35,748 nt of DNA from Piptocephalis cylindrospora (taxonomy: Eukaryota), in the NCBI GenBank assembly GCA_003614145.1, contig KZ987736.1:1-35748 (forward strand), given 5' to 3'. This document shows, piece after piece, positions 13,002-25,400 of this stretch; position 1 is the stretch's first letter; every line of letters starts with the position of its first letter. The position numbers and the translations under genes are program-made. A model generated the notes under the pieces. That model was not told the DNA's origin and did not search any database. It was given only the letters and a program-made list of their open reading frames with translations.

Positions 13002-13936
13002 ATGGCCTTCCGTCTCGGATTCACCTCTCTAGCGAGGTCTTCCTCCTTCTCTGCGGCCATGTCCATGTCCGCTGTTAGAGTCCTGCCCTTATCCAGCAGA
13101 CTGTCCGTCACCTCGGCCTTTGCTCGCCCCACAGCCCCCATCTGGGCCCGAAGCTATGCTTCTCTCCAGGGTGGAATGACTAGTCCTAGCCGTCTTACTC
13201 CCGTTTCAGTCCCCAAAATGCCTGTTCAACTCAACACGATCCGGGATAACAAGGGCGCGTTGAACAAGCGAAAGCGACTCGGGAGAGGCCCCAGCTCCGG
13301 GAAGGGCAAGACCTCAGGCAGGGGTCATAAGGGTCAGAAAGCCAGATCAGGGAATGGAGCCCCACGCCCTGGATTTGTCGGGGGTCAAACCCCACTCTTC
13401 AAGGCCTTCCCCAAGCGTGGATTCACCAATGTCCACCAACGTCAGTACACGGCCCTGAACCTTGGGAGGCTGCAGAGGTGGATTGATTTGGGTCGACTGG
13501 ATCCGGCCCAGCCCATTACCGTCCAGGAGTTGGTGAGCAGTAATTGCGTTCACGGAACCAAGGAGGGCATCCGCCTTCTCGCGGGAGAAGCCCACCTCCT
13601 CCGTACTCCCGTGGACATCCGTGTGGCCCAGGCCTCTTCCCAGGCCATTGAGCGCATCGAGGCCATTGGAGGCTCGATCCAATGTGTTTACCATAACTCT
13701 CTGGGTCTCCGTGCCATCCTCAAGCCTAACAAATTCTTCCGTCAACCCAAGCAGGCTCTACCCACCAAGCGTCGGGATATTGGTACGTTGGAAGAGTGGG
13801 TATCCTTGTCATGGTCCATTCACTGATCATTCCCTCCTTTTCTGTAGAGTATTACTCGGACTCCAAGCACCGTGGATACTTGGTCTCTGCCCAGTCTGGT
13901 TCCACTGCCGCACCCTCTTCCACCGCTTCTTCTTGA
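13002..13936 (+). CDS. MRPL10: Mitochondrial ribosomal protein uL15m (yeast MrpL10-like, ~289 aa). Exons 13002-13782, 13848-13936
   Basis: Arg/Ser-rich acid-free N-terminal presequence, uL15 motifs RLGRGPSSGKGKTSGRGHKGQKAR and GGQTPL...PKRGF, and a C-terminal EYYSDSKHRGYL after a 65-nt intron. Confidence 0.92.
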
Positions 13937-14285
13937 GGAGGGAACATGATGAGGATATGAATGGGGATGCGATTAGAGGCAAGGTGAGTGCGGTAAGAAT
14001 GAAATAAAGTATGTTTGTGTGTGTCTCGCCAAATGCATGATGCATTAAATAGTTACTTTTGGAAGAGCACTTGCTAAGACAAGAGAGAGTGGAAGAGAGC
14101 GAGAAAGGCAATGCCTCTCGGTATGGAAATCACAAAGTATGCAATGTATTGGAGGGGGGAGGGAGTGAAGGGGAGCGAATGATTCAAGTAAGATGGCGAT
14201 TCTTTGATCCTCTTCCTCCAATGCATGCCTTCTCCCTTATGGCATCACATGTCATGCCCTACACCTTGGTTCCATCCCCCTCTTT

Positions 14286-15416
14286 CTAGAATCGATTCTT
14301 AAAATAGGGATGGCGGATGGCCCGTATAGCAGGGATCCTGTCATTTGATGCCAACTGTAAGCATCTCTACCGAAGGGAGAGAGAGAGGGAGAGAGGGTAA
14401 GAGGATCTATGGAGGTGCCCCATGCTGGGGTCCCTTCGCAGATCAACGCGACTTACCCCGAGCAGATCAATGCCATCGTCATCTAAACTGGGGACTACCT
14501 CTTTAAGTGGCTTCTTCTTCCATTTGGGGAAGGCCTCAAAATTATAATCTGGCATCAGCTTGGACTGAGGGAAGTCTTCTGGGGTAGGAGTTCCTAGTAA
14601 TCTATGCGCAGGGTATATCAGAGTGAGCAAGAGCTAGTTGGTTAAGGCCTGGGCATGTGTTCATGGATGCACCTACTGAAAGATGAGATAAATCTGATGA
14701 ATCTCCGTATCACCTAGAACGGCAGGAAAGAGAGAGAGGGAGAAAAGGAGATGATCAGTCGAATGCCTAGCCTTTTCAAAAGGGAAAAAAAACGACATAC
14801 CCATCATCAAGGGCTCCTTGTTGGCCAATTCGGCAAAGATGCACCCAAGACTCCAAATGTCCAGCTCGGGGCCATAAAGACTAGCCCCGAGAAGGACCTC
14901 GGGGGCCCGGTACCATAAAGTCACTACCTCGTGGGTATGGGTACACAAGGGCAAGGAAACTGTGCGCGCCAGGCCAAAATCAGCCAGCTTGGCCTCACCC
15001 TTAGCGTTAATCAGGATATTTTGCGGCTTGAGATCGCGGTGAAGGATGGCGCGGGAGTGGCAGTAAGTGATGCCTTGAAAAAGTTGGTGCATGATGCTAG
15101 ATACCTGGTGGGGAGTAATCTGTTCGGGCGAGGTCTCAATGTACCTCTTCAAGTCTACATCGACAAACTCAAACACCAGGTACATGTGGTCCCCGGAAAA
15201 GACGTGGTCCAGGAGTTGAACGATCGATGAATCCTTGAGTTCCTTGAGCATGCTCACTTCCCTTAGAGCTGTGGATGGGATACCCTCGTCCTCCTCGTCA
15301 AATCGAATCTTCTTCAATGCCACCACCTGACCTGTCTTCTTGTCCTTGGCCTTGTAAACAACGCCATAGGTCCCTTCCCCGACCTTCGATAGGCGTTCGT
15401 AATCATCCTCGATCAT
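14286..15416 (-). CDS. Cyclin-dependent kinase, Cdk1/Cdc2-related, PSTALRE variant (~292 aa). Exons 15416-14801, 14713-14677, 14601-14457, 14366-14286
   Basis: Motifs [62 protein letters not shown] and [13 protein letters not shown]. Three GT-AG introns keep frame. Confidence 0.92.
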
Positions 15417-15759
15417 GGTCGATAGGGATGAAGGTATGAAGAGAAGGAGAGGGTTTTATGGTGTTGGTGGGGAGGGAGGGAAGGGGAGGGGAGAGGTGAG
15501 ATGAGTTAGATAGCGACTTGAGCCGGATCAGCTGGGCAAGTCAGTGTGGATAAATAGGGACAGACAGAGGGGGTGAGGCGGATGGAGTAAGGTAGCAGGG
15601 ACAGGGTCCTGGAAGAAGGAAGGGAAAAGGGAGAAGGGAAAGGACAAGAGAGAGAAGAAGAGAGGGAGGGAAGGGCCTTGACCCTCCCCTTGACCCACCT
15701 TGTTCATATGCATCCATCCACGAATCCACTTGCTACCCCAAAGTCCTCCTGCTTTGTGT

Positions 15760-15893
15760 ACGCGACGGGAACGCGTTCGTCTTGGAAACTCCGCACGCGC
15801 TCACCCCAAGTTGGTCTCTTCTTCCTTCACCATTTCCCGTCAACAGTACGCGAACTGCTTTTCCCAGCGTTTTCTAGCTATGAGCTACCGCGT
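15760..15893. promoter_or_regulatory. Cluster of CGCG-core (MCB/SCB/E2F-like) motifs upstream of the CDK gene
   Basis: ACGCGA 15760, ACGCGT 15771, ACGCGC 15795, ACGCGAA 15848 and CCGCGT 15888, all within 135 bp and 350-480 bp upstream of the CDK ATG. Function is inferred. Confidence 0.45.
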
Positions 15894-16812
15894 TGCGCTC
15901 TGCTGTGGCGGCCCAAGAATAAAGGTATCGTCCTGGCTTATAAAGAAGGTAAAATTGAGGGGTTTCGAAGGATTTAGCGTTTGTTTTCCTTTCGAAATGC
16001 TCTTCTATAGCGGGGTTTAATTTGATGTGATGGTCCATCTCACCTTGATCAAACTAAGTGTAACAACACGACATGGAGAAGTCACACGATGAGAATAATT
16101 AATAAGGATAGCCATGTTAGTCAAGACGGCCGGGCGGGCTTTACAATCAGTCAAATGACTCCTTCTCTAGTAATGTGTCTCGATGTCGATCATATTTTGG
16201 TATTATTAATCGGTGGATTTAATTCATCCTAGTACTAGATCAGCCAATAAGGACGAAGAATATACTTTGCTAATCCTATAGTTACCTTTGCACCTGCGAA
16301 AGACACCAAACTCATGCATATTTTTTATAATTACTTTCATCTAACATCCCAAGAGTTCCTAATTACAAAAGCCAAGTATTGTTTGGTAGGCACAAATGCA
16401 CTTTTATCCAGCAAGTCAAGAGAAGTGTGAGTCATTCAATGTTCAAAGGACCCTGACTGGGTTCCGACCGGTCACACAATGGCAGTGGTAGTGTGTGGAT
16501 CACATATTCCCGACAGCCCACACACTTCACAGACCCCACAGCCTAGGCATTACAGAGCTATGGAGGGGGGATTCGCGGCAGGTTCACTGCATTCACTGCT
16601 GACTCAAAGCACTTGCTGCCCAATCTCATGGCGGAAATTGAACCCGATTTTCACCCTTACACTTTTCCCTTGAGTCAGTCCCTTCTGTCGCTCCTCTCAA
16701 GAAGACAAGCTCCCAGCTGGCCAGACAGCGCGAAAATCTCCCCCGCCCCCCCTTTCATCCACATTCCATTCCACTCATCATTCCACCATCCTTTGTCCAT
16801 CCCCCTACCACC

Positions 16813-19261
16813 ATGTCCGATATTGATCGCGTTATTGAGCGTCTCCGTGGAATTGGCCTCACGGACCAACGGGCCAAGGAGACCAGTAAGAATGCCAAGG
16901 TTGTTGCCAATGTGGATCGGACCCTGGTGGCTGCTGGGATCGCTGAGAACGAGGGGTGCTCTAAGACCGTTGGAGCCCTCCTCTACCATCTGGCTACCAC
17001 TGGACCCAAGGACTTGCTTGCCAACCCAGACCATCTCTCCATCGTGGCCCATGCGATCACCGACGGGCGACTCCTCACCAACGACCAGGTCACTGCTGCT
17101 GCTCAGTATGTTGCAGAGCAGTCCGCTGGAGCTGACATTTCCGAAGAAGCCATGAACCGCGCCTCTGGAGTTGGTAAGTCCTTGGGAAGCTTCTCTCGTC
17201 CTCTGTCCTCTGCCATTTCTTAGCTCACGCCTTGTCTCTTCGTCAGGTATCAAGGTTACCAAGGAGGAGATTGCAAATGCTATTGAAAAGCTCATTGATG
17301 AGCGTCGTCAAGTGCTTCTGGAGGAAAGGTACAGAAAAGTGGGACCTTTACTTAGTACTGTCCGATCGGACGAACATATCCGATGGGCCCCGGTTCCCGA
17401 GGTCAAGACCGAGTTAGATCGTCAGATCTTGGCTCTTCTGGGCCCCAAGGACGAGAGGGATACAGGGAAAGTGAAGGTGAAGAAGGCCAAGGAGCCTAAA
17501 GTGACCAAGGAGGCCAAGGAACCCGCTGCTCCTGTCAACATCTTCACCGAGGGGGAACTCGCTAAACTCCACAAGCCTGGGGGCAACCCCCAGATCAAGC
17601 CCTCCCTCATGGAAGAGCATCTCAAGGCCACAGGAGGCAAGGTGGTGACCCGTTTCCCCCCGGAGCCCAATGGCTTTCTCCACATCGGACACGCCAAGGC
17701 CATCAACGTGAACTTTGGATATGCCAAGACCCATGACGGTATTTGCTACCTTCGGTACGATGACACCAATCCCGAGGCTGAGGAGGAGGCCTACTTTACC
17801 TCCATCCTCGAGGCCGTCCGTTGGTTGGGGTTCACGCCTTTCCGCGTCACCTACTCGTCGGACTACTTTCCTCAGCTGTACGATATGGCCGTCCAGCTGA
17901 TCCGCCGGGGAAAGGCCTACGTGTGTCACTGTACTGGTGAGGACATTTCTCAGCAGCGTGGGGGGGAGAGTCGACGGGGCCCCAGGTACGCCTGCCCTCA
18001 CCGGGACCGGCCTGTCGAGGAGAACGAACGGGAGTTTGGTCGGATGCGCACTGGAGATTACAAGGAGAATGAAGCGATCCTCCGGATGCGTCAAGATATT
18101 GAGGATGGCAACCCGCAAATGTGGGATCTCGTAGCCTACCGTGTCCTCCGTACCCCGCATCACCGGACTGGAGACACTTGGTGCATCTACCCCACGTATG
18201 ACTTTACACACTGTCTTGTGGATTCCCTGGAGAACATCTCACACTCCCTGTGCACGACCGAATTTATCCTTTCCCGTCAATCCTACTACTGGCTCTGTGA
18301 TGCCCTGGAGGTGTACAAGCCGGTGCAGTTTGAGTATGGTCGGCTCAACGTCTCCAGCACCATCCTCTCCAAGCGTAAGCTGGCTCAGCTGGTCCGGGAA
18401 GGCCTGGTGGATGGGTGGGATGATCCCCGGATCTACACGCTTCCGGCTGTCCGGAGGCGTGGAGTACCACCTGAGGCCGTCAATGCCTTTGTTCGGGAGG
18501 TCGGGGTGACCACATCGGTCAGTACCATCGACGTCGGTCGTCTGGACCAGCATGTCCGCGCCGCCCTGAATGACACGGCCCCCCGACTCATGGCAGTAAT
18601 GGAGCCTCTATCCCTCCGGATTACCAATCTTCCCGAAGGGCATGCCCAGGAGATTCATGTGCCCAATCATCCCGGAAAGCCCGAGATGGGCTCTCACGTC
18701 CTTCCCTTTACCCGGGACCTTTTGGTCGACCGTTCGGATTACCGAGATGAGGATGCCCCCGGATACTACCGCTTTGCCCCTGGAAAGACCGTAGGTCTCC
18801 TCCACCTTCCTCACCCCGTCACTGTTACTGGGGTTGAGAGGGACGAAGGCGGACGAGTGATTCGTCTCCTCGCTACCTACGAGACTGAGGTGACCAAGCG
18901 TCCTAAGGCCTTTGTTCAGTGGGTATCCGATGGGGTGGATGGGGTGGATGTGGTTCGGGCCTCCGAGGTACGCATCTACGGCCCCCTCTTCCATCACTCC
19001 AACCCCAATGACCGAACCGAGGTGCCTGGAGGCTTCCTTTCTGACGTCCGGACCGATTCCCTTACCCGCATTCAGGGGGCCGTCCTTGAGCGCGGCTTCC
19101 TCCCCCTCCTGACCCAATGGGCCAAGGGCGATAAGGGCCCCGAGGAACTTCGTGTGCAACTGGTGCGCATTGGCTACTTCTGCCTCGACAGGGATACCAA
19201 GGAGGGGTCTGTGGTGATGAATCGGATTGTCTCTCTGAAGGAGGATGCTGGGAAGAAGTGA
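16813..19261 (+). CDS. GLN4: Glutaminyl-tRNA synthetase, eukaryotic type with N-terminal extension (~791 aa). Exons 16813-17173, 17247-19261
   Basis: TRFPPEPNGFLHIGHAKA (HIGH motif), RYDDTNPE, WCIYPTYDFTHCL, LCTTEF and LSKRK. One 73-nt GTAAGT...CAG intron. Confidence 0.96.
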
Positions 19262-19595
19262 ATGGGTGTTGATGAGGCTTTTATACGTAGGGACAAGGAT
19301 GGGGGCTGGAGAGTGAACATGGGCGAGCGAGCGGTGCAAATTGAATAGGTCATTTCATGAAACAAAGAAGCATGTCATATCAAGGGGATAAGGATATTGA
19401 CCATTCATAGAGCTGGTGTCCCTCTTTCTCCCTTATTATCACGCTCTCACACAAACGCACAATCCATCACACACAATCATTTCAACAGCATACCCATTCG
19501 TCCTTACACTCCTTTCTCTCACCAATCAACAGGAGAAGAAGAGGGAAGAAGAGGGGATGAGGGGAGGTCTATGCAAATGCACTTGAGGGCTGCGA

Positions 19596-20672
19596 TTACT
19601 CTTGAGTAGAGTAGGCAGGGGAGGGCTCGACAAAGTGAGCCTTCTCGTCGGCGGCGACATAGGGTTCCTGGAAGGGATTGCTGTCGTAATGGGCGTTCTC
19701 CTCCTCGTCCTGAAGGGCAAGGCGGGCATAACGCTTCTCGCGGTACTGGAGGTAGAGACCGAGGGGAAGGGCGATGAAGAAGAGGAGGAGGAGGATGGAG
19801 CCGGTGAAGGCGGAGATGGCGATGCGGGCGGCCTTGGGGACCTTGTCCCAGGCAGCAGCGAGCTTTCCGTGGCAAGGGCTGTAGGAAGAGGAGCCAGCAG
19901 AGTGGATGTACTCTTCAGCGTCCATCTCAGGGGACTCGATGGTAGCATCAAGGGTGGTGACGTACTCACCGAGACCGTTGTCCTGAGACTGGTCAGCGGG
20001 GATGGCGATGAGGGCATCCTCGGAGGAGGAGCAGGGGCTGCGAAGGATGGTGCCATCGTGGATGATGTCGAGGGTTTGACGGATGAAGGTGGTCTCCTTG
20101 ACCTTGACACCATTGAGTTCAAGGACGCGGGCGGCGATGGTGAAGCGACGGACCTCGTAGACTTCATCGCTCTCAACAAGGGCAGCGATGCCCTCCTCCT
20201 CTCCATCCTTCGAGTCGGACTTGGTGGTGAGGGGGATGGCGGCAAGCTCATTGACGGTGAGGGCCTTGTTCTCGGCGACGACGTGGACCTCAAGGGCGGC
20301 GATACCAGCGTCAAAGGCGGCATCGAGCATCTCGGCGGGCATGAGCTTGGCGGGGCCCTGGGCGAGGGTGGCAGACTCGACGAGGACCTTGGAGATACCC
20401 GCCTCGACGGGGACACCGTTGATGAGGATGGAGTCCTCGTTGACATCGAAAAAGAGGGTGATGTCGACGATCTTGGCAGCGAGGATGGAACCATCCTCAT
20501 CCTCGACCAAACGGTCCACCCTTTCTACGGTGACGGCGAGATGGGCAACGCTTGGATCGGTGGAGGCAAGCTTATGGACGTTCATATTGGTGGTGGACTG
20601 ATCGACGACCGTAGGGTTGGAGGCGGCCGAAGCAGCCAGAGAAAGGAGGGCCAGAGCCGAGAGAGCACGCAT
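19596..20672 (-). CDS. Uncharacterised type I membrane protein (signal peptide, acidic lumenal domain, one TM helix, short acidic tail; 358 aa)
   Basis: Intronless ORF with strong C-ending codon bias. N-terminal MRALSALALLSLAASAAS signal peptide. Hydrophobic IAISAFTGSILLLLFFIALPLGLYL followed by basic YREKR. Confidence 0.85.
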   Translation of the reverse strand: MRALSALALLSLAASAASNPTVVDQSTTNMNVHKLASTDPSVAHLAVTVERVDRLVEDEDGSILAAKIVDITLFFDVNEDSILINGVPVEAGISKVLVESATLAQGPAKLMPAEMLDAAFDAGIAALEVHVVAENKALTVNELAAIPLTTKSDSKDGEEEGIAALVESDEVYEVRRFTIAARVLELNGVKVKETTFIRQTLDIIHDGTILRSPCSSSEDALIAIPADQSQDNGLGEYVTTLDATIESPEMDAEEYIHSAGSSSYSPCHGKLAAAWDKVPKAARIAISAFTGSILLLLFFIALPLGLYLQYREKRYARLALQDEEENAHYDSNPFQEPYVAADEKAHFVEPSPAYSTQE

Positions 20673-21374
20673 GATGTGGAAGGAGGGGGAAGACGAAGGC
20701 TACGGGATTCAAAGACGGGGGACGGGAACAGGCAGGTAACAAGCACAGACGTAGGAGAGAGGGGGGCGTTTCTGTGGGAATGAGATCAGCAGAGGTTATT
20801 GAGCTAAGGCTGGTACCAAAGATCAAAAGGATGGGGACTGTTGGGAGTGAACAGGGTTTACCGTGGGGACGGGAAGGGAGGGAAGGGGGACTGGGAAGTG
20901 AAATGGGCAGGTACTTCCAAGAGAAAGAGAGAGAGAGAGATAAGGAGGGAAGAAAGAGAGATGCTTGACTTGCTGCTTACCAGAAGTGAGTTGCCAGAGC
21001 AAAAGGGGGGAAGGGGAGAGTGTGTGGGAGAAACGAGGTGCAAATGCGCGTGAGTGACGACAACGAAGGGGGGAAACGAGGGCAGTGAGTGTGGGACTGA
21101 AGGCGTGCGTGGATGCGCAAGGGTGGTTGTGTGAGGGGAGGAAGAGAAGGAAGGAGAGAGGGAAGAGAAAGGGAGAGGGGTGATATGGGCAGATGAGCTG
21201 ATGGGTCACTCTCTAAATAGGTGAAGCAATGGGGAGAGGAGACAGTGCGGAAGGTGAGAGGGAGGGGATAAAGCATGATGAGCGGCCAATGACCAAGTGA
21301 GAACAAGGGACTGAGTATGGGCGGTGCGACTGCTTGGCATTTGGTTATGAGGGCAGAGGCATCGGAGGGTATCT

Positions 21375-21409
21375 CGTGGAAGGACAGAGAGCCGTGGAAG
21401 GACAGAGAG
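21375..21409. repeat. 18-bp-period tandem duplication CGTGGAAGGACAGAGAG x2
   Basis: Exact 17-mers at 21375-21391 and 21393-21409. Confidence 0.9.
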
Positions 21410-22487
21410 TCCTGGAGCTCCGCTAAGTAAGTTTTGGGTTAGAAGAGCAGGATGCGGACAGACGAGCTGGACCAATGCACAGGAGTCGGAGTATCGTTGT
21501 GGAAGGTGGAATAGAAGCTGTCTATTTTCAGTGCATTCGCCTTCATTCTCTCCTATCCAAGAAGAGTGTCATTGGTCATGTCAGTGTTTGACAACCTGAT
21601 GCTTGAGATCTTTCCCACTTGACCGCGCAAATCCATCTCGGATGATAGAGTATTAGTTGCACTGCAATGACTTTTGTTGAACAGGTTTAAGGCGTCATGA
21701 TGATAGGATGATGAAGCGGGAAGATGGCGAGGTTGGGTGAATTTTGGGGGATACTGAAGGAAATGGGAGGGCGTTGGTCAAGGAGAATATCAATGCATTG
21801 GATGGCTCATGGTAGATCAGTCGATAAAGTCAGAGCGTTTCCTCGATGCATCTTACCTTTTTTTGAGGGATGGAGGCATCCGTATGAAAGTTGAGCTGTT
21901 TCCCCATGATACATACTCGATAAAGCGAGCATAGCCCTGGGGCTCATACACATTATCTCGCCCCGTCCCCACCCCTAATTACCAGGCTCTTTATTGGTAT
22001 ACCCTCCAAATCGTACACTCTCCGCTGAACCAAGATCAGTCGTCCATCCTCTTGAGAGATCCTCAGGTAAGGAGATGTATGAGCACTCGAGCTTATATGA
22101 AGATATGAAGAGAAACATATTCGTTGAGCTAGAAAAGTCGGATAAACCCCTTCTCATCGGAAATCACATAGTGAGAAAGTATCATTGGCTGTAATTGGTC
22201 ACAAGGACGACATGTTATTGGGTAAAGGGAACCAATCAGGATGAAGGATGGTCATCCCGGAAGGTCTCTCCTAATCACAGACACATAATCACAGACACAT
22301 ATGGGAGACGAGGTCTAGTGAAAGGAGGGGATAAACAGAGTCGACACGTCGGAGAGACGTGTAGACACGCGTCGGTCAAAACAAATAGAACTTCTTTATT
22401 ATTCTTTCTCTTTTGTTTCTCTGATTCCATCGCAAAGACCAACCTTTCCCCCGAGACCACCTGGACGTTCTACCCTCAACTCTGGAG

Positions 22488-25400
22488 ATGACCAAAGAAG
22501 ACCAAAGACAAAGAGATCGAGAGGAGGAGCAGGACGGGGAGGAGGAAGGAGAGGAGGAACTGTACGGGGATGAAGAGGAAGGAGAGGAGGAAGACGAAGG
22601 GAATCCCTCGTTGCTTGACCCGATTCTCGAGGACCATATCCTCTCCATTTGCACAGCACTTGGTGGTCCCGAGCTGGATGAAGTCACTGGCAAGGAGTCC
22701 TACGCTCTTGGCGATGAGTGCCTTGGTAAGCCTGGGGGCGATGTTACCTTTCTTCGTTCTCTCTCTCTCTCTCTCATACACATGCTTCTCCACGCTAGAT
22801 TGCTTAAAGGATTTAAAGCGATTCCTCCGAGAGGATGATCAGCTTCCTGACAAGCCTCTGCTACGTACCCTGGGGAATTGGAAGATGGTTCAAACAGACC
22901 TTCTTCCCATCTTCCTCCTGAGCGCACCCTGCCAATCCAAGGAGCAGGGCTGGCTTGCTGGTGCTTGTGGTACGTGTCGGAGCGGGGCGGGGCGATGAGG
23001 GGCCAGCTTCTTCATCCTATATACCGACTTACTGTTTCAACTCTAGTGGAACTCTTGGTCCCGTTGACATGGCCTATCGATGCTCGCATACCGCATTATG
23101 TGGAGAGACGAGCACTGCTCTGGAAGCTTAAAGAGCTGTTTCTAGGCCCCGGAGCCCTCCCTGCCCTATTTCACATCTTGATGAAAAGGCTGGCTATTCC
23201 TGCGAGGTAAGCTGGATCCTGTCGAGGAAAAAGGATTGTCTATCTTTCGGTGCGCCTCCCACGGCTACTACTAAACCCCCATTATATCCCCATCCAGAGA
23301 GAGAACGGCAAGGGAAGGTGCCCTGCTCCGATTGACCCTTACCCTCCTTCGGAACCTCTTGGCGATTCCTGATCCCTTGGTCTCTGCCCTGGATGGTGCT
23401 TCCCGGGAGGTGCAGGAAAGGGGAAGGATGCAGGAAAGGCTCATCCTTTCCCTCTCTCGTACGCGGATCCTCCAACTTCTCCTGACCATGGCTTCCTCCT
23501 GCCGGAACATGGAGATTCGATCCCTCAAGGGTCTCGTCCTGGAATGCTGCCTCCTTGTGATCCAATCCACCGATCCTCGTTCTCTAAGATCCCGAGTTCG
23601 CGCCTCCACAGTGGGGAAGGGGAGGGTAAGTTGTCAGAACATATATCCTACAATGAAATGGGAGAGAAATGGATGGCTCATCTATCTCACCTTTACAGGA
23701 TAATCCTGAACAAGCTCTCTCCCAATCTGAGAGATACAAGGGAGTTCGTGCGGTGATGGAGGAGGTGGAAAAGGAGGAAGGAGGAGTTCTGGGTGGATTT
23801 AGCGCTCAGGTCATTTCGACCAAGATGCCTCGTACCACTCGGCATGCCCGATTTGGTGGGGCTTTAGAGGTGGCTTTGCCCGTAAGTAGAGTGAAAGCCC
23901 ACCTTCCCCCCTCCCCCCTCTCTACCTTCACATGCTCACTCCCCTCTTTTATCCACTAGGATGGGCGACATCTCCCACTATTGCAACAGGCCAGGGGAAA
24001 CGTGAGCTTTGATACGCAAATGCACCCGAGAAAGAAAACATTGCCTGTCCGGACGGTTACCAAGTCTTCTGTAGGTCCTAGATGATTTTATGGAGAGAGT
24101 GTCATCTCTCTCTCACTCTCTATTTATTTATCTCTCTCCCATGTGACTCATACTTCTCTTATCCTAGCTGGCCATCCCTCCAAGTAGGACCTTGGGAGCA
24201 GAAGCCTCCAAATGTCTCATGGAAACTCTAGATGGATTCCTTCAAAGCTGCTTTAATGGTAAGGCCATTGAGAGGGGCCAATTGAGCATTCCCTCTCTCA
24301 CCCTTTATGATAGAGATCATTCCATTAAGACTAGCGGAGCTCGAGAGGGAGACGCTAGAGCTAGAGGACGGCTTAGAAAGGGATCATCTGATCTGGTCTT
24401 CCATCGTTGATCTATGCCTATCCTATCTTCTTTCAAAGGATCCAAAGGACTTGAGCGTATGTCAAGGAAGAGATTATGGGGGCATTAGGGTAGGGATGAA
24501 TGATTTACCCATCTGGTACATCTCTTATGGGCACTATCAACCCTCTTGTAGGAAGGAGACTTGCTCAACATCTCCTCAGTCATGACTAAAGAAGCCTTTC
24601 GCTATGTGGGCAAACGAATGATGATTAGCTTGGATGAGAAGGTATGTGGGTGCATGGATGAATCGTGGCAGGAGAAATGGTTCTTTCTCACCTCTCAAGT
24701 CTATAGAGATTGGATGAGCTGTATTCCAGTGTCGGCGCTTACCGTAGTATGGTGAGTGAGGAAAAGAGGAAGAGAGAGAGAGAGAGAGAGAGAGAGTGTG
24801 TGTGTGTGTGTGAATCTGTCCCCTGTGTTCCATCTGTCTCCTCTACCCCCTTCTATCCCCTTCCTCCCTCACCTTACCTTCTTTCAGTTACTGGCCATTT
24901 GCCATCTCAGTGACCTTCCAGGATCTGAGAGGTGTCATCAAGTGGCGCAAAACCTCCAGGATAAGCTATTTTATGAAAAGACTACCTTGGACTTTCTTAA
25001 GGTCCTATGCGACTATCCCGGCTTCACGGATCCCCGATATCTGGATCGACTGTTTGAACTAGTGCATATTTCTATCCATCTCCTGGAGAATTACGTTCAT
25101 ACCAAGACGGAAATGTATGTTCGAAGATCCAAGAAGGATGACATGATCAAGGAAAGGAGAGCCAGGAAGAAGAGAAAGCAACTTGAGGGTACGTAGTCAC
25201 CGTGTTATGTTATGTTATGCTGTGTCGTGTTGTACTTGAAGGAACCCCCATCTCACACTCCATGTTATACGATGATAGAGGCCCAGGCCAATGGGGATGA
25301 AGTGATCGAGGAGGATCACATTGCCATTGATGTGGACCCAGATGGGGACTTGGAGACCAGGGAGGAAGGGGATGGTGAGATGGAGGGGGGGGAAAAGAGT

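Noticed and set aside
17414..19339. Antisense ORFs of 265 and 243 aa inside GLN4
   Set aside because: Codon-bias shadows with no motifs.
19526..20783. Overlapping long ORFs (19602-20783 +, 19526-20500 -)
   Set aside because: Shadow frames caused by the strong codon bias of the real minus-strand gene.
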